The notes beneath the pieces are model-generated. The model saw only the letters and a program-made list of their open reading frames with translations. It searched no databases and was not told where the DNA came from. A DNA stretch of 33,255 nt from Minisyncoccota bacterium (GTDB lineage: Bacteria; Patescibacteriota; Minisyncoccia; UBA6257; JAGOQP01): the NCBI GenBank assembly GCA_036170035.1, contig JAVHOK010000047.1, positions 1 to 33,255 of the forward strand, in the 5' to 3' direction. Positions 32,461 to 33,255 of the stretch are shown here, piece after piece (position 1 is the first letter of the stretch; each line of letters starts with the position of its first letter). Both the position numbers and the translations under genes were made by a program.

Positions 32461-33213
32461 ATGAAAAACAATGCAGTTATTAATTCGCCCGTTTATTTAT
32501 CAGTAATTGTTCCAGCTTACAACGAAGCTAAAAGAATATCTTTAACATTAATAGACATAGACAAACATTTGTCAGGAGCGTCATTTTCTTATGAGATTAT
32601 TGTTGTGGACAATCGTTCATCTGATAATACTAAAGAAGTAATAAGTAGATTTGTTCCAATAATAAAGAATCTTAAAATGATTGAATGTAAGGTAAGGGGA
32701 AAGGGAGCGGCGGTAAAAAAGGGTATGTTAGAAGCCGTTGGACAAATAAGATTATTTACCGATGCTGATAACTCAACATCAATAGATCATTTTATGAAAA
32801 TGAAGCATTATTTTGATGAGGGCTATGATGTCGTGATTGCTTCTAGAGATCTTCCCGGTTCAATTATGGAGCCCCCACAGCCTGCCTATAAAAGATTATT
32901 AGGGGATATGGGAAATTTGTTTATACAATTTATGCTTCTTAGTGGGATTAAAGATACTCAATGTGGTTTTAAGGCTTTTACTGATAAGTCAGCAATTAAA
33001 GTATTTCCTTTGTCTGATATTGTTGGTTGGGCTTTTGATATTGAAATATTGTCTTTAGCTAAAGAGAATGGATATAAAATAAAAGAGATTCCCGTTAGAT
33101 GGGTAAATAATCCTTTTTCTCATGTTAAAATAACTGCTTATTTAGAAGTTTTGTTGGAGGTTATAAGAATAAAATTCAGAATGATTACTGGATATTATAA
33201 AAAGAATAGATAG
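32461..33213 (+). CDS. family 2 glycosyltransferase (polyprenyl-phosphate sugar transferase-like)
   Basis: LSVIVPAYNEAKRI, DN.S.D.T, TDADNS and QCGFKAF motifs. Confidence 0.8.
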   Translation: MKNNAVINSPVYLSVIVPAYNEAKRISLTLIDIDKHLSGASFSYEIIVVDNRSSDNTKEVISRFVPIIKNLKMIECKVRGKGAAVKKGMLEAVGQIRLFTDADNSTSIDHFMKMKHYFDEGYDVVIASRDLPGSIMEPPQPAYKRLLGDMGNLFIQFMLLSGIKDTQCGFKAFTDKSAIKVFPLSDIVGWAFDIEILSLAKENGYKIKEIPVRWVNNPFSHVKITAYLEVLLEVIRIKFRMITGYYKKNR

Positions 33214-33216
33214 AAG

Positions 33217-33255
33217 GTAAAAAGTATTAAGTAGAAAGTAAAAAGTGACAGACAA
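33217..33255 (+). repeat. purine-type heptamer array E: GTAAAAA GTATTAA GTAGAAA GTAAAAA GTGACAG + ACAA (runs to window end)
   Basis: Read directly from the sequence. Begins 3 nt after the TAG stop at 33211-33213. Confidence 0.65.

Overview
Strongly AT-rich, very compact bacterial window. Nearly all genes are on the + strand, and most start codons sit in A/T-rich context with no Shine-Dalgarno. The gene content fits a reduced-genome Patescibacteria/CPR-like organism, including an L30-less ribosomal cluster, lysine-rich tails on core proteins and many short housekeeping proteins. This assignment is inference. Genetic code is standard, since TGA is used as a stop.

Gene order:
- tRNA-Ser(GGA) and an upstream tRNA 5'-half relic, both on the - strand.
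- A small accessory stretch: hypothetical protein, Smr-domain protein, acidic protein, TspO, YdjM-like hydrolase, LemA-TPM pair, AlkD-like repair protein and an untracked 59-aa Cys-rich ORF.
- alr-dnaG-rpoD, then alaS, then two hypothetical genes.
- A large translation supercluster in rearranged order: infA-rpmJ-rpsM-rpsK-rpsD-rpoA-rplQ-(Phd-like)-tuf-rpsJ | rplC...rplP | rpmC...rplO-secY | adk-map-cdaA(YbbR fusion)-GT2.

No CRISPR array, transposase, integrase or recognisable defence system is visible.

The most unusual signal is a dispersed family of heptamer-periodic arrays: four RACTWAC units plus AACAARG, with one decayed copy and one purine-type variant. They lie 2-14 nt after the stop codon of the last gene of transcription units, and I cannot match them to any described element.

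Other oddities:
- RpoA without an alpha-CTD.
- RpoD whose N-terminus is poly-lysine.
- A short AlaRS carrying a GC-rich 14-nt direct repeat.
- rpsJ split from rplC by a terminator and a promoter.
- An orphan antitoxin-like gene inside the ribosomal operon.
- A CdaA-YbbR fusion.
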